From NCBI GenBank assembly GCA_965223545.1, contig OZ245006.1, positions 64,001 to 128,000 of the forward strand: DNA of 64,000 bases, in the 5' to 3' direction. The stretch comes from Planctomycetota bacterium. Its GTDB lineage: Bacteria > Planctomycetota > UBA1135 > UBA2386. The notes beneath the pieces are model-generated. The model was given only the letters and a program-made list of their open reading frames with translations. It was not told the DNA's origin and ran no database searches. This document shows, one piece after another, positions 49,358 through 62,238 of the stretch (its first letter is position 1; the number at the start of each line of letters is the position of its first letter). The translations under genes and the position numbers were made by a program.

Positions 49358-51154
49358 ATGGCCACCTGGCAACGCACCCACACCTGCGGTGAGCTGCGCG
49401 AGACGCACGCGGGCCAGCAGGTGACGCTCAACGGTTGGATCGACAACCACCGCCATCACGGTGGCGTGCTGTTCGTCGATCTGCGCGACCGGTATGGCAC
49501 GACGCAGGTCGTCATCGACGAGAACCGCGACGCCGAGGCGGGGCTGCTCGAGGCGGTCGCCCGCCTGGGCGCCGAGGACGTGCTGTCGGTGACCGGCACG
49601 GTGGCCAACCGCGACGCGGACAAGGTCAACGACAAGCGCGACACGGGCGCGGTCGAGGTGATGGCGCGCAGCGCGGTGGTGCTGGCGGAGGCCGACACGC
49701 CGCCGTTCGAGATCCTCGACAAGGTCGAGGCCAACGAGGAGCTGCGCATGCGCTACCGCTACCTCGACCTGCGGCGCCGACCGATGCAGAAGGCGCTGGT
49801 GGCGCGCTCCAAGTTCGTCACCGCCATGCGCAACTACCTGGCGGCCCACCGATTCGTCGACGTCGAGACCCCGATCCTGACCAAGAGCACGCCGGAGGGT
49901 GCGCGCGACTACCTCGTGCCGAGCCGCGTCAACCCGGGCCGCTTCTACGCGCTGCCGCAGAGCCCGCAGATCTTCAAGCAGCTGCTGATGGTGGGGGGGC
50001 TCGACCGCTACTACCAGATCGCCCGCTGTTTCCGCGACGAGGATCTGCGCGCGGACCGGCAGCCCGAGTTCACCCAGATCGACTTGGAGATGTCCTTCGT
50101 CGAGGAGGACGACGTCCTCAACTTGGTCGAGGGCCTCATGGTCGAGGGCTTCGCCGCGCTCGGTATCGACGTGGCGCGACCGTTCCAGCGTCTGGACTAC
50201 GACGACGCGATGCTTCGCTACGGCAGCGACAAGCCGGATCTGCGTTTCGGCCTCGAGCTCGTCGACGTCTCGGACGCGGTGCGCGACAGCAGCTTCAAGG
50301 TGTTTGCCGGCGCCGTCGCCGACGGCGGGGCGGTGCGCGCGATCTGCGTGCCGCAGGCGGCCGAGCGCTTCTCCCGCAAGGACATCGAGGGCAAGCTCGG
50401 CGCGGTGGTCGCCGAGTACGGCGCCCGCGGCTTGGCTTGGGCCAAGGTCGGCGCCGACGGCATCGCCGCCGGCAGCATCTCCAAGTTCTTCGCAGGTGAA
50501 GCTGGAAAACCGCTGCTGGAAGCCGCGGGCGCGGCCGAGGGTGACCTGCTGCTGTTCGTCGCCGATCGGGTTTCGGTGGTGCAGCGGGCGCTGGGCGCCC
50601 TGCGCACGGCACTCGGTGATCTCTTGGGCTTGGCGACTCCCGGCGAGTACCAGTTCGCCTGGGTCACCGGCTTCCCGCTGTTCGACTACAACGAGGACAA
50701 GGGCCGCTGGGATAGCTCGCACCACCCGTTCACCGCACCGGTGGACTGGGAACTCGCGGACTACGCCACCGACACCGCGGCGATCCGCTCGCGCGCCTAC
50801 GACCTGGTGCTGAACGGCTGGGAGTTGGGCTCCGGCAGCATCCGAATCCACCGCCCCGAGGTGCAGACCCGGGTGTTCGAGTTCCTCGGCATCGGCGAGG
50901 AAGAGCAGCGGCAGAAGTTCGGCTTCTTGTTGGATGCGATCCGCTTCGGCGCGCCGCCGCACGGCGGTATCGCGCTCGGTCTCGACCGCATCATGACCTT
51001 GGCGCTCGGCTACGACAGCATTCGCGATGTCATCGCGTTTCCCAAGACGACCAGCGCCACCGATCTGATGTGCGACGCACCCTCACCCGTCGCTGCCGAG
51101 CAGCTCGCCGATCTGCACATCATCGCCCAACGGGCACCACAGGAGAAGCAATGA
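49358..51154 (+). CDS. aspS: Aspartate--tRNA ligase
   Basis: RTHTCGEL, FVDLRDRYG, RYRYLDLRR, TPEGARDYLVPSR, CFRDEDLRADRQPEFTQID, GAPPHGGIALGLDR. Confidence 0.97.
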   Translation: MATWQRTHTCGELRETHAGQQVTLNGWIDNHRHHGGVLFVDLRDRYGTTQVVIDENRDAEAGLLEAVARLGAEDVLSVTGTVANRDADKVNDKRDTGAVEVMARSAVVLAEADTPPFEILDKVEANEELRMRYRYLDLRRRPMQKALVARSKFVTAMRNYLAAHRFVDVETPILTKSTPEGARDYLVPSRVNPGRFYALPQSPQIFKQLLMVGGLDRYYQIARCFRDEDLRADRQPEFTQIDLEMSFVEEDDVLNLVEGLMVEGFAALGIDVARPFQRLDYDDAMLRYGSDKPDLRFGLELVDVSDAVRDSSFKVFAGAVADGGAVRAICVPQAAERFSRKDIEGKLGAVVAEYGARGLAWAKVGADGIAAGSISKFFAGEAGKPLLEAAGAAEGDLLLFVADRVSVVQRALGALRTALGDLLGLATPGEYQFAWVTGFPLFDYNEDKGRWDSSHHPFTAPVDWELADYATDTAAIRSRAYDLVLNGWELGSGSIRIHRPEVQTRVFEFLGIGEEEQRQKFGFLLDAIRFGAPPHGGIALGLDRIMTLALGYDSIRDVIAFPKTTSATDLMCDAPSPVAAEQLADLHIIAQRAPQEKQ

Positions 51155-51795
51155 AGGTCCGCGTCGACAGCGTCGCGCTGCTGCTTGCGTTGGCTTCGTG
51201 CCACAGCTTCGAGCTCCCCGAGGGGAGTGGGGACGGCTTGGTCTCCTTCGACCGCGAGCCGCCGGCGGGCGCCGAGTTGTTCGAGCGACCGGAATGGAAG
51301 GTTGGCGACCGCTTCGTCTTCCGTCGCGGGTCGGCGCTCACGCTGGCATCGACGGTGACCGCGGCCGGCGAGGACGGCTACACGCTGGTCAACGACAAGA
51401 GCGGGCGTCGCACGTTCTACACCGCCGACTTCGGCGCACTGGGTGAGGAGCACCCGGACGACCCACGACTGCGCACCGCACTCGCCCCGGCCGACCACCT
51501 CTTGCACTGGCCGCTGTGGGTCGGCAAGCAGTGGAGCTGCCACTTTCTGCGCAAGACCCCGGGGCAGCCACCGCTGCCGTTGACCGTCCTCTATCGCGTC
51601 GAGGACATCGACACGATCACCGTGCCGGCGGGAGAGCTGCGTTGCCCGCGGATCCTGCGCCGGGTCCGCGTCGCGGCGGAGGGCAACTACCTCGAGCAGA
51701 CCGCTCTGCTGTGGTACAGCCCGGAGATCGGCGTGCTGGCCCGCCAGCTCGAGAACGGCACTCTGCTGGAGCTCGAAGAGTTCCAACGGCAGTAG
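51151..51795 (+). CDS. Hypothetical lipoprotein (DUF3108-like beta protein)
   Basis: LASC lipobox, P.WKVGD, WPL.VGK.W, ITVPAG...C, WYSPE.G. ATGA overlap with aspS. Confidence 0.7.
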   Translation: MKVRVDSVALLLALASCHSFELPEGSGDGLVSFDREPPAGAELFERPEWKVGDRFVFRRGSALTLASTVTAAGEDGYTLVNDKSGRRTFYTADFGALGEEHPDDPRLRTALAPADHLLHWPLWVGKQWSCHFLRKTPGQPPLPLTVLYRVEDIDTITVPAGELRCPRILRRVRVAAEGNYLEQTALLWYSPEIGVLARQLENGTLLELEEFQRQ

Positions 51796-51914
51796 GCCAG
51801 TTCGGTCGACGGGTTCGGTCGACCCCGAGAACCGGCGCGCACTCGCCCGGTACACGACCGCGGGCGGCAGCTGCCGCCCACGGTTCGAATTGACAGCGGG
51901 AGTCTTCGAGACGT

Positions 51915-52253
51915 CTACTTGATCTCGAGGAACGTGCCGGTGTCCAGGAGCAGGCTGTGCATCTGGCCATCGGTCGCCGCCGGATCGAAGTGCTTGAAGC
52001 CGGTGCCCTTGCCGTCCCACGCGTCCTTGAACCAGAACGCGTAGGCATCCGTGACGAAGAAGTCGCCGACCATCGCCGCCCAGCGGGCGAACGGGATCAC
52101 CGGGATGAAGTGCAGGGCACCGTTGAGCCAGGGGCTCTTGATGTAGATGTCCTGATCCCAGTCATCCACGGTCCGGTGGAGCTGGTGTGGGCCGGAAGCG
52201 CAACCCGCCAACAGGCAGGTCGCGGTGATCAACGACAAAGCGAGCTTGCGCAA
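51915..52253 (-). CDS. Small lipoprotein (DUF3332-like)
   Basis: GGAGG RBS plus TTG, LAGC lipobox, IPV......D......FW pattern. Confidence 0.65.
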   Translation of the reverse strand: MRKLALSLITATCLLAGCASGPHQLHRTVDDWDQDIYIKSPWLNGALHFIPVIPFARWAAMVGDFFVTDAYAFWFKDAWDGKGTGFKHFDPAATDGQMHSLLLDTGTFLEIK

Positions 52254-52372
52254 GATTACCTCCCTAACGGGGACTCGGGTTGGGCGGCAGCAGGCGCCGC
52301 CCCCCTGGAGGCTAGCGCTTCGGCCGCCGAAAGCGAGCGTAGACCGGGTAGAAGCCGAGCAACTGCCGATCG

Positions 52373-53383
52373 TCAGCGCAGCGGCAGGGTCGTGTCGACC
52401 ACCGTGGCCACCTCTTCATCCAAGAACAGGTGGACGATGCGGACCCGCAGCGACTGCGCTCCGTCGACGCCCGGCCACTGGAAGGCGCGGGTCGGGGGAT
52501 CGACGTCGAGCGGCTCCCGACCGGTCAGCGCGGCCTCGTGCTGGGCCAGCTCGCCGTCGTCGGCGCCGAGGACGGTGGCGTGGATCGCGAACGTGCGCAG
52601 CTTGAGTCCCGGCACGCGGTGGCCGGCCTTGTTCTCGATGGTCAGCACCACCTGGCCGTCCTGCACGGCGGCGGACAGGCCGAAGGCCGTGGCGCAAAAC
52701 TCGACGTCGAAGGGGCCGAGCACCCGGTGCGAGCGCCCCTTGCGCGCGGGCCCGGTGGCCTCGCCGCTCTCGGGATCCACCGCCATCACCCGCTCCACCT
52801 CGGGCATGTGGCACTCGACGCACGTCTTGCTGACCTGGTCCGGGTAGACCTTGGCGTGATCCTTGGCGACCCCGAGCACATCGGCGATCGAAGTCGAGTG
52901 GCACGACGCACAGAGCGCCGTGGACCCCTTGGTGGTGAACGCCTCGTGCTTGGCGGACGGGTGGGCCTCGGTCTCGGCACCGAACGGCCCGTGGATCACG
53001 CCGTCCTGCTCGTGGCAGCTGACACAGGTCACGCCCTCGTCCTTGTGCACGTCCCGCGTCCGTGGCTTCTTGGGCATCCGGTCGAGCACCGACTGTGGAA
53101 TGTGGCACGGCAAGCACTGCTTGGTGCGCGTCTTCTTCTTCAGATCCGCCTGATAGACCTCGTCGGTCCAAGCGTGGCTGTGGCCGCGCTCACTCCACTC
53201 GCGATGGATCTCGGTGTGGCACGTGCCGCAGCTGGCTGCCGTCGGGTCGAACGCCGAGATGCCGGCGTGAGCGTCGGCGCATGCGGGTTGCTCGGAGCGC
53301 TCACCGCGCAGGATCTCGCCGGCCACCGGTAGCAGCGAGAACCCGAAGACGAGGGAGAGCACGCGGGGTGTGGGGAGTCGCAT
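52373..53383 (-). CDS. Exported pentaheme c-type cytochrome
   Basis: Five CxxCH motifs (CGTCH, CLPCH, CVSCH, CASCH, CVECH) and an N-terminal signal. Confidence 0.92.
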   Translation of the reverse strand: MRLPTPRVLSLVFGFSLLPVAGEILRGERSEQPACADAHAGISAFDPTAASCGTCHTEIHREWSERGHSHAWTDEVYQADLKKKTRTKQCLPCHIPQSVLDRMPKKPRTRDVHKDEGVTCVSCHEQDGVIHGPFGAETEAHPSAKHEAFTTKGSTALCASCHSTSIADVLGVAKDHAKVYPDQVSKTCVECHMPEVERVMAVDPESGEATGPARKGRSHRVLGPFDVEFCATAFGLSAAVQDGQVVLTIENKAGHRVPGLKLRTFAIHATVLGADDGELAQHEAALTGREPLDVDPPTRAFQWPGVDGAQSLRVRIVHLFLDEEVATVVDTTLPLR

Positions 53384-53456
53384 CGGCATCGATTGTAGCA
53401 AAGCCATGCGATCGGGCACGGGCACGACGCGCGGTTGCGCCCGTTCCGTACACGCC

Positions 53457-56222
53457 TCAGTCGAGGCGGTAGGCGTCGTCGATCGGGCGAACGACTCGCT
53501 TGAGATGCAGCGGCCGCCGCAACCCGCCCGGGCCGGGCGCCGGCCGCGCCATCGCCTTCCACTCGTGGTAGATCTCCATCGACTTCTCCGTGTCGACGAA
53601 GACATCACCGTAGCGATCGTCCGGCCCGGCCTTGGTCACGGTGACGCGCTGGTGCCAGCAGTGCATGCCGGACACCGGATCGGGCTGCACCGGGAAGGTC
53701 ATGTTTTGATGCACCCCGCCCTCGCTCCACCACACCTTGGTGCTGTCCCGGTCGTTGCTGGAAAAGGCCGCGACCGGTCGCGTGCGGCGCATCAGGTACT
53801 GGCCGGGCTTGGGCTCGGTGAGCTCGACCGAGTGCTGCTGCCAGCGATTGACGCCCTCGGCATCGGTGGTCACCTTCCAGCGCCCCATGTGGTGGCTGCA
53901 GGCGACGACCCCGGGCCGCACGCCCTCGGTGACCCACGCCCGGTTGATGTAGTGGCCGATGCGGGTCGCCACCTTGACCAAGTCGCCGGTCTCGACGCCG
54001 ATCGTCGCGGCGTCGCTCGGGTGGATCCAGACCGGGTTCGTGTTGGACAGCTCGGTCAGCCACTTGGAGTTGGCCGATCGGGTGTGGATCATCGTCGGCA
54101 ACCGGAAGGTCGAGACCAGGACGAACTCGCTCCGGTCGCGGTCGAGCAGGCTCTCGTCGACGTGGCTGTCGATCTGGGTAGGCAGGGCGTATTCGGGCCA
54201 GCCCCAGTCGACCATCATCTGCGAGTGCACTTCGAGCCGGCGGCTCGGCGTGGGGAAGCCGGCGCAGGCGACGCCATCGACGAGCACGCCGATCGGAACG
54301 CCGTCTCGGTGCACGACCTGCTCGACCTGGTCGTAGTCCGCGTGACTGAGCGCGGCGTCGTCCAGGGTGGCCTTGTGGGTCTCGTACACCTGCTCGGTCA
54401 CCGTGAACGCGCCGTTCCTGCGCATGTACTCGAGCGGCGTGAGCCCCTCCTGCGCCGCGGCTTCGGGCAGGCCCGGCACCGAGTTCTCGAAGATCCAGCG
54501 GTAGTACTCGTCGATGGTCAGCCGCTCGCCCGGCCGGTAGGGCGATTCGAAGTGTCGCCGGATGCCGAGATTGCCGTCGGGGTCGATGCGCCAGCTGAGG
54601 GCGATCCAAAACTCGTCCTCTTCCCAGACCTCGCCCGGGTTGGCCTGGTAGGTCCACTCGACATCGGTGCCTTGCCGCTGCAAGAACGTGCGCATCACCG
54701 GCTGGCGGAAGCTGATCCAACGCGCGGCGTGGGTCTCCTGGCTCATCAGGTCGTGCCGCTCGGTGGCGACGCCCATGGGCAACACGAAGTCGGCCCAGCG
54801 CGCGGTCTCGTTCCACACGGGGGTCAGCGCGGCGTGCATGCCGACCAGGGATTCGTCGCGCAGCACGTCGATCCACACCGCGCCGTCCGGATTGGTCCAC
54901 ACCGGGTTGTAGACGCGGGTGAAGTAGGTATCGAGCACACCGCGGCCGTCCTTGATGAGGTGCGGCAGCAGGAAGGAGAGCTCGTGGTGGGACAGGGGCC
55001 ACTCGCGCGGGTACAGCAGCTCGCTCCAGACCTCCTGCGGCGACGGCTTGGAGAACGGCTGCGCCACGAACTTGTTGACGCCGGCGGGGTTGGTGCCGCC
55101 TTCGGTGCCGACCGAACCGGTCAGCACGCTGACGAACTGCAGGCAGCGGGCGACCTGCCAGCCGCCGAGGTTGCCGCTGGCGGTGTTGCGCCAGATGTGC
55201 GCCGCGAACCGCGAGCCGGCACGGCCGATCGCGCGCGCCACGCGCTCGATCTGCTCGGTGGAAAGGCCCGTGCGCGCGGCGACCCTGTCGGGCGTGTAGC
55301 TGGCGTAGGCCTGGACCAGGTCGTCGAGAAAGCCCTCGAAGCCGCCGCGCACGCCGCGGGCGCGGTTGTAGCCGCGCCAGTCGACCCAACGCTCGAGGAA
55401 GTCGCGGTCGTAGAGCCCATCGCGCAGAATCACGTGGGCGAAGCCGAGCAGCATCACCGACTCGGTGCCGGGCCGGGTCGGCAGCCATTCGTCCGCCATG
55501 CTGGCGGTGTTCGACAGCCGGATGTCGCAGGCGGCGATGGTCGCGCCGCTCATCTTCGCCTCGAGGATTCGCTGCGCGTGCGGATTGAAGTAGTGGCCGG
55601 TCTCGAGGTGTGCGCTGATCAGCAGGATGAACTTGGCGTTGGCATAGTCCGGCGAGGGCCGGTCGTGCCCACTCCACAGGGTGTAGCCGAGCCGCGCCGC
55701 CGCCGAGCACACGTTGGTGTGCGAGTTGTGCCCATCGACACCCCAGGCCTGCAGCACGCGGTCCATGTAACCATCCGCGCCGGGCCGGCCGACGTGATAC
55801 ATGACCTCGGTGCGCCGCCCCTCGATCAAGGCCTTGCGCACGCGCGCCGCCAGGGTGTCGAGCACCTCGTCCCAGCTGACCCGGGCGAACTGGCCGCTGC
55901 CGCGCGGCCCGGTCCGCTTCATCGGATACAGGATGCGGTCGGGGTCGTCGACCTGGTTGAGAGTGGCGGGGCCCTTCGCGCAGTTGCGCCCGCGCGAGCC
56001 GGGGTGGTGTGGATTGCCCTCGAGCTTGGTGATCTTGCGGCTCTCCTTGTCGACGTAGGCCACCAGGCCGCACGCCGCCTCGCAGTTGAAGCAGGTCGTC
56101 GGCACCAAGGTGTAGTGCCGCTCGACGCGGCGCGGCCAGGCCTTGCCGTCGAGCTCGACCCAATCGTCCCATCGCTCGCGCGGCGGACTCTGCTGCAGAG
56201 TAGTGACGGACATCGGTTGCAT
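53457..56222 (-). CDS. Molybdopterin (bis-MGD) oxidoreductase catalytic subunit
   Basis: CFNCEAAC...NCAKG Fe-S motif, [31 protein letters not shown]-terminal W.HP.DA...G...GD.V binding domain. Confidence 0.95.
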   Translation of the reverse strand: MQPMSVTTLQQSPPRERWDDWVELDGKAWPRRVERHYTLVPTTCFNCEAACGLVAYVDKESRKITKLEGNPHHPGSRGRNCAKGPATLNQVDDPDRILYPMKRTGPRGSGQFARVSWDEVLDTLAARVRKALIEGRRTEVMYHVGRPGADGYMDRVLQAWGVDGHNSHTNVCSAAARLGYTLWSGHDRPSPDYANAKFILLISAHLETGHYFNPHAQRILEAKMSGATIAACDIRLSNTASMADEWLPTRPGTESVMLLGFAHVILRDGLYDRDFLERWVDWRGYNRARGVRGGFEGFLDDLVQAYASYTPDRVAARTGLSTEQIERVARAIGRAGSRFAAHIWRNTASGNLGGWQVARCLQFVSVLTGSVGTEGGTNPAGVNKFVAQPFSKPSPQEVWSELLYPREWPLSHHELSFLLPHLIKDGRGVLDTYFTRVYNPVWTNPDGAVWIDVLRDESLVGMHAALTPVWNETARWADFVLPMGVATERHDLMSQETHAARWISFRQPVMRTFLQRQGTDVEWTYQANPGEVWEEDEFWIALSWRIDPDGNLGIRRHFESPYRPGERLTIDEYYRWIFENSVPGLPEAAAQEGLTPLEYMRRNGAFTVTEQVYETHKATLDDAALSHADYDQVEQVVHRDGVPIGVLVDGVACAGFPTPSRRLEVHSQMMVDWGWPEYALPTQIDSHVDESLLDRDRSEFVLVSTFRLPTMIHTRSANSKWLTELSNTNPVWIHPSDAATIGVETGDLVKVATRIGHYINRAWVTEGVRPGVVACSHHMGRWKVTTDAEGVNRWQQHSVELTEPKPGQYLMRRTRPVAAFSSNDRDSTKVWWSEGGVHQNMTFPVQPDPVSGMHCWHQRVTVTKAGPDDRYGDVFVDTEKSMEIYHEWKAMARPAPGPGGLRRPLHLKRVVRPIDDAYRLD

Positions 56223-56241
56223 GGCGATCGGCTCCCGGCGG

Positions 56242-57762
56242 TCAGGACAGAGGCGGCAGCTGGCCGGCGCGCAAGAACGCCTGCTCGTACCAGAACACGC
56301 CGAGGCAGATCCCGGCAAACAACAGCGAGGTCGCGGGCAGGGTGAACGCCGCCAAGACACCTGCCTGCTGGAGCAGGGCAAGGCCCAGCAGGAGCAGGGG
56401 GGCGGCGGTCGAGAACTGCAGCCCCTCGCTCAGCGCGCGGAATCGCGAGCCCTCCCACAGCGGAATGCGGGGCAACAGCGAAGCCGCCTGCCGCGCGTTG
56501 TCGGTGTGGTGCGGCCCCTTGGCCTCGGTCAGCGCGTAGTAAAGGTGCGCCGCGCTCGCCACCACCGCGACGAGGGCGAGGGCGAGGGATGGCACGACGA
56601 GCAAGAGGGCGGAGGCGCCCAACAACAACGCCTGCACCAGCAGATGCGGCAGGGTGCGGGCGGCGTTCTGCCACAGGTCGCGGCCTTCACACTGAGCCAA
56701 CAAGAACGCCGTGTAGCCGGCGGCGCCGGCGCCGAGCAGCGCGTTGGGCCAGCGCAGCAGGTCGACGAGGGTGTCCTGTCCCAACCAGTGGAGCAGCACC
56801 AACAGCGCGGTGAGGCCGGAGAACGCCATCAGCACCCAGGCGCCCTTGACCAACCAGCTCTTCGGGTTGGGCCGGAGCAACAGCCGCAAGAAGGCGGCCG
56901 GCCGCTTGAGATCGGCGACCAACAGCACGGCGGTGATCGCGGTGAACAAGAGGGCGATGAGCTCGGGCGCCCAGTTGGCGGCACCCTGAAGGCCGAACGC
57001 GCCGGCAAACGGCGCCAGCATCGCCGCCCCGCCGGCAACCCCCTTGGTGACCAGATAAAAGGAGATCATCCAGCCCCAATGCACCTTGTGGTGCACGTCC
57101 AACACGGTGGTGGCGTTGGGGTAGAGCTCGCGGTCGGCCGGCCAATCGGGCGCCGGGGCGCGCCGCTCGCTCCACAGATAGGTCTCCGGCTCGGCGGCGG
57201 TGCCCGGCTGCAGCGACACCGGGTCGGTCCCGATGTAGTAGACGTTGGGGCCGGTGCGCTGCTCGGGGCGCCGCACCTCGGCATCGGGCAGGCGCGACAG
57301 ATGGCCGACCTCGCTGCCTGGGTCGTGCAAGTCGCCGGCGACGATGGCCTGCTCGGGACAGACGGTGACACACGCCGGCTCCATGTTCTGCTCGATGCGA
57401 TGCGCGCAGTAGTGGCACTTCTCGGCGCCGCCGGTGTCCTCGTTGAGATAGATGGCGTCGTACGGGCAAGCCTGGAGACAGGCCTTGCAGCCGATGCACG
57501 CGTCCCGGTCGAGGTCGACGATGCCGTCGCTGCGCTTGTGCAAAGCGGTCACCGGGCAGATGGTGACGCAGGGCGCATTCGTGCAGTGGTTGCAGCGCAG
57601 CACGGCGAAGTGCCGGCGCACCGCGGGGAACGTGCCGATCTCGGTGTACTTGACCCAGGTGCGGAAGTCGCCGACCGGGACGTCGTTCTCGGACTTGCAG
57701 GCCACCGTGCAGGCGTGACAGCCGATGCACTTGCGGTGGTCCATGACGAAGCCGTACTGCAT
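56242..57762 (-). CDS. Fused 4Fe-4S dicluster (DmsB/PsrB-like) + NrfD/PsrC membrane subunit
   Basis: CIGCHAC..AC, CNHC.NAPC..ICP, CIGCKAC..ACPY, KCHYC...C...CP, followed by WG..I..Y...G, DL.RP, SW...G.W multi-TM domain. Confidence 0.93.
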   Translation of the reverse strand: MQYGFVMDHRKCIGCHACTVACKSENDVPVGDFRTWVKYTEIGTFPAVRRHFAVLRCNHCTNAPCVTICPVTALHKRSDGIVDLDRDACIGCKACLQACPYDAIYLNEDTGGAEKCHYCAHRIEQNMEPACVTVCPEQAIVAGDLHDPGSEVGHLSRLPDAEVRRPEQRTGPNVYYIGTDPVSLQPGTAAEPETYLWSERRAPAPDWPADRELYPNATTVLDVHHKVHWGWMISFYLVTKGVAGGAAMLAPFAGAFGLQGAANWAPELIALLFTAITAVLLVADLKRPAAFLRLLLRPNPKSWLVKGAWVLMAFSGLTALLVLLHWLGQDTLVDLLRWPNALLGAGAAGYTAFLLAQCEGRDLWQNAARTLPHLLVQALLLGASALLLVVPSLALALVAVVASAAHLYYALTEAKGPHHTDNARQAASLLPRIPLWEGSRFRALSEGLQFSTAAPLLLLGLALLQQAGVLAAFTLPATSLLFAGICLGVFWYEQAFLRAGQLPPLS

Positions 57763-58199
57763 GCGTGATCTTGGGGCTCGAGTTGGGGTGGCGCGGCGTG
57801 GTGACGGCGAAGAGCGCGTCCGGACCATATCGGCCGCTGCGCGCCGGGCAAGCGGCGGCACTGACAAGGGCACCGACAAGGTCGGGAGGCCCCACGCCGA
57901 AACCCGTGCGACAGCGCGTGGCGTGGGGCCATCCCATTGCAGACGAGCGACGGGTCGAAGCTCTCGGGCGTCGCGGTCGCCATCCCGGCCCGCCGAGGGG
58001 CGCACATCGGGGGAGGCGGACGCGCCGGTTCTTCAAGGCGCTGAGAATGGGCCGCTGCCGCTGGGCAGCCGCCCACACGAGTCCACCAGAATCAGACGAG
58101 GGCGGCTGCGAGCTGTCAACCTGCGCAACCCGTCAGCGAGCACTGCGCCGGCCCCCAACCGCCCTTGCCGAGGCGCGATCGCGCAAGCGATGGCGCGCT

Positions 58200-60029
58200 T
58201 CAGTCCCCGCCGATCAGCGCGTCCAGTGTGCGCCGCGTCACCTCGTGGTAGCCCGAGCGCGCCCGAGCGTAGATCGCCCGGCCCCGCTCGGGGTCGTGCC
58301 GCATCAGGGACTCGTACAGCGGCTTCAGGAACTTGCGGCGCCCGACCTCGAGCAAGAATCGCTCGAGCGGGGCCTCGGCGCTGGCATCACCACAGGCGAT
58401 CGCCAGCTGCAGCGCCGCGGCGCGGATCTCGCTGTTGCCGGACGTCGTCAGCGCGAAGCGCTGGTTGAGCGCGGCCCAGCGCTCGGGAGCCGGCCCGATC
58501 CGCTGCAAGAAACGCAACCACTCGTGGGTGCTCCAGTCGCGGCTCGGCAACGCGTCGAGCGAAGCCCCGTCGAGAAAGGCCGTGGCCGCCTCGTCGACGC
58601 GGGCAAACGCGGCGCTGCGCGGGCGCGGTGCGTCGGGAGGCAGACCGGTGCCTTCGATCCAGCGGTCGACGTTGATCGTCGACGCCGCCAGTGGGTGGTG
58701 CTGCAACAGCTCGCTCTGCAGGTCGCGGCGGAACGTCTCGGTGCTGATGCTCTGGAAGGCGTGGCGTTCGAAGTAGCCGTGCAAGAACTCGTCGAACGCC
58801 TCCCGCCCAAAGCGATGCTCCAGCAAGCGCAGGAAGGCGGCGCCCTTGTCGTAGGGCACAGCGGTCATGCCGTCGTCCGGGTTGCGGCCGGCCAGGTCGA
58901 TGTGCAGCACCTGGTCGCCCGGCGGCAGGCTGCGCAGCTCCTCGTCGAGGCCGGTCATACCGATCAGGATCTCCATCTTCGCGCGCTCCTCGCCGTAGAC
59001 CGCCTCCATGATCCGGTGCTCGAGGTAGACGGTGAAGCCCTCGTTGAGCCAGAAGTCGCTCCAGGTCGCGTTGGTGACCAGATTGCCCGACCACGAGTGC
59101 GCCAGCTCGTGCGCGATCAACGCCACCAGGGACTTGTCGCCGGCGAGGATCGTCGGCGTCGCGAACGTCAGCCGCGGATTCTCCATGCCGCCGAACGGAA
59201 ACGCCGGCGGCAGGATGATCACGTCGAACCGACCCCAGCGGTAGGGGCCGAACAGCTCCTCGCACGACAAGAGCATCGCCGGCATGTCCTCGAGCTCGGC
59301 GGCGGCACGCCCGACGACGGTCGGCTCCGCCCAGACGCCGGTCTCGGCCGACAGCCCGCGAAACTCCAGCACGCCGCACGCCAGCGCCAGGAGATACGAC
59401 GGGATCGGCTGCTGCATGCGGAACCGGTGCGCGCCGTCCTCGTCTCGACCGAGAGCCTCCGCCGCCATCACCACCGTGAGCTCGGCCGGTGCGCGCACGG
59501 TGGCGTCGAAGGTGATGCGCACCCCCGGCGTGTCCTGCAAGGGGATCCACGAGCGGGTCAGGATCGCCTGGCCCTGGGTGTAGAGGAAGGGGCCGCGCCC
59601 CGCGTCGGTTTGCTCGGCGGCGAGCCACTGCAGGGCCGCCGCACCCGGGTGGGTGCGATAGCGCACCCGCACGGTGTCGTCCCCCGCAGCGAGCGGAATC
59701 ACCAGGGCCGCGCCCAGGATCGGGTCGGCGGGTCGCAGGTCGAAGCTGCGCGGACCGCCATCGGTTCCCTCCACCGCTTCGATGAACAGGTCACGCGTGT
59801 CCAGCACCAAGGGGGCGCTCCGGTCGCGCCGCTCGAGATGGAGCGTGGCGCTGCCGATCACCTGCCGCAGGTCGAAGTCCAGCTCGAGATCGAGTGCCAC
59901 GTGCCGCACCGCCACGCGGTCGGGTACCGCGTAGCTGTGTACGTCGGCAACCCGCGGTCCCGGCCGCGGCGCGGTGCTGTGGCAGGCGGCGAGGACTGCG
60001 AGGGGAAGGGCGGCCAGGGCATTGCGCAT
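58200..60029 (-). CDS. M1 aminopeptidase (leukotriene-A4-hydrolase-like), lipoprotein
   Basis: GGMENP, HELAHSW...LNEG, PYDKG, VGRRKFLKPLY, LAAC lipobox. Confidence 0.95.
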   Translation of the reverse strand: MRNALAALPLAVLAACHSTAPRPGPRVADVHSYAVPDRVAVRHVALDLELDFDLRQVIGSATLHLERRDRSAPLVLDTRDLFIEAVEGTDGGPRSFDLRPADPILGAALVIPLAAGDDTVRVRYRTHPGAAALQWLAAEQTDAGRGPFLYTQGQAILTRSWIPLQDTPGVRITFDATVRAPAELTVVMAAEALGRDEDGAHRFRMQQPIPSYLLALACGVLEFRGLSAETGVWAEPTVVGRAAAELEDMPAMLLSCEELFGPYRWGRFDVIILPPAFPFGGMENPRLTFATPTILAGDKSLVALIAHELAHSWSGNLVTNATWSDFWLNEGFTVYLEHRIMEAVYGEERAKMEILIGMTGLDEELRSLPPGDQVLHIDLAGRNPDDGMTAVPYDKGAAFLRLLEHRFGREAFDEFLHGYFERHAFQSISTETFRRDLQSELLQHHPLAASTINVDRWIEGTGLPPDAPRPRSAAFARVDEAATAFLDGASLDALPSRDWSTHEWLRFLQRIGPAPERWAALNQRFALTTSGNSEIRAAALQLAIACGDASAEAPLERFLLEVGRRKFLKPLYESLMRHDPERGRAIYARARSGYHEVTRRTLDALIGGD

Positions 60030-60153
60030 GACAGCTGTGATACGCCCCGCGGCGCGGCGGCGCGAGGCCACGCCGCCGCGATCGCAGGCCGCTCTGCGGG
60101 CCGTGGAAACCCCTTGTTTCCGGGGTTGCGGATGCGTTACCTCCTCGACCGTC

Positions 60154-62103
<1,950 letters not shown>

Positions 62104-62238
62104 GAATTGCGGTGGTCGCGAAACCCGCGGCGCGCGGTGTAGGATACGAGCCACTTGGGGTGTTCGCCGATCTGCGGCACCGCCCCGCTTTCACACGACC
62201 CAACGAACACGAGGTAACGACGAAATTGATGAGGACGC

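Noticed and set aside
49358..49700. Calling AspRS discriminating versus non-discriminating
   Set aside because: The diagnostic positions look mixed by eye and cannot be assigned without an alignment.
57763..58199. Moco/tungsten riboswitch upstream of the molybdoenzyme operon
   Set aside because: The long intergenic region is suggestive, but I could not identify the consensus. An Infernal/Rfam scan is needed.
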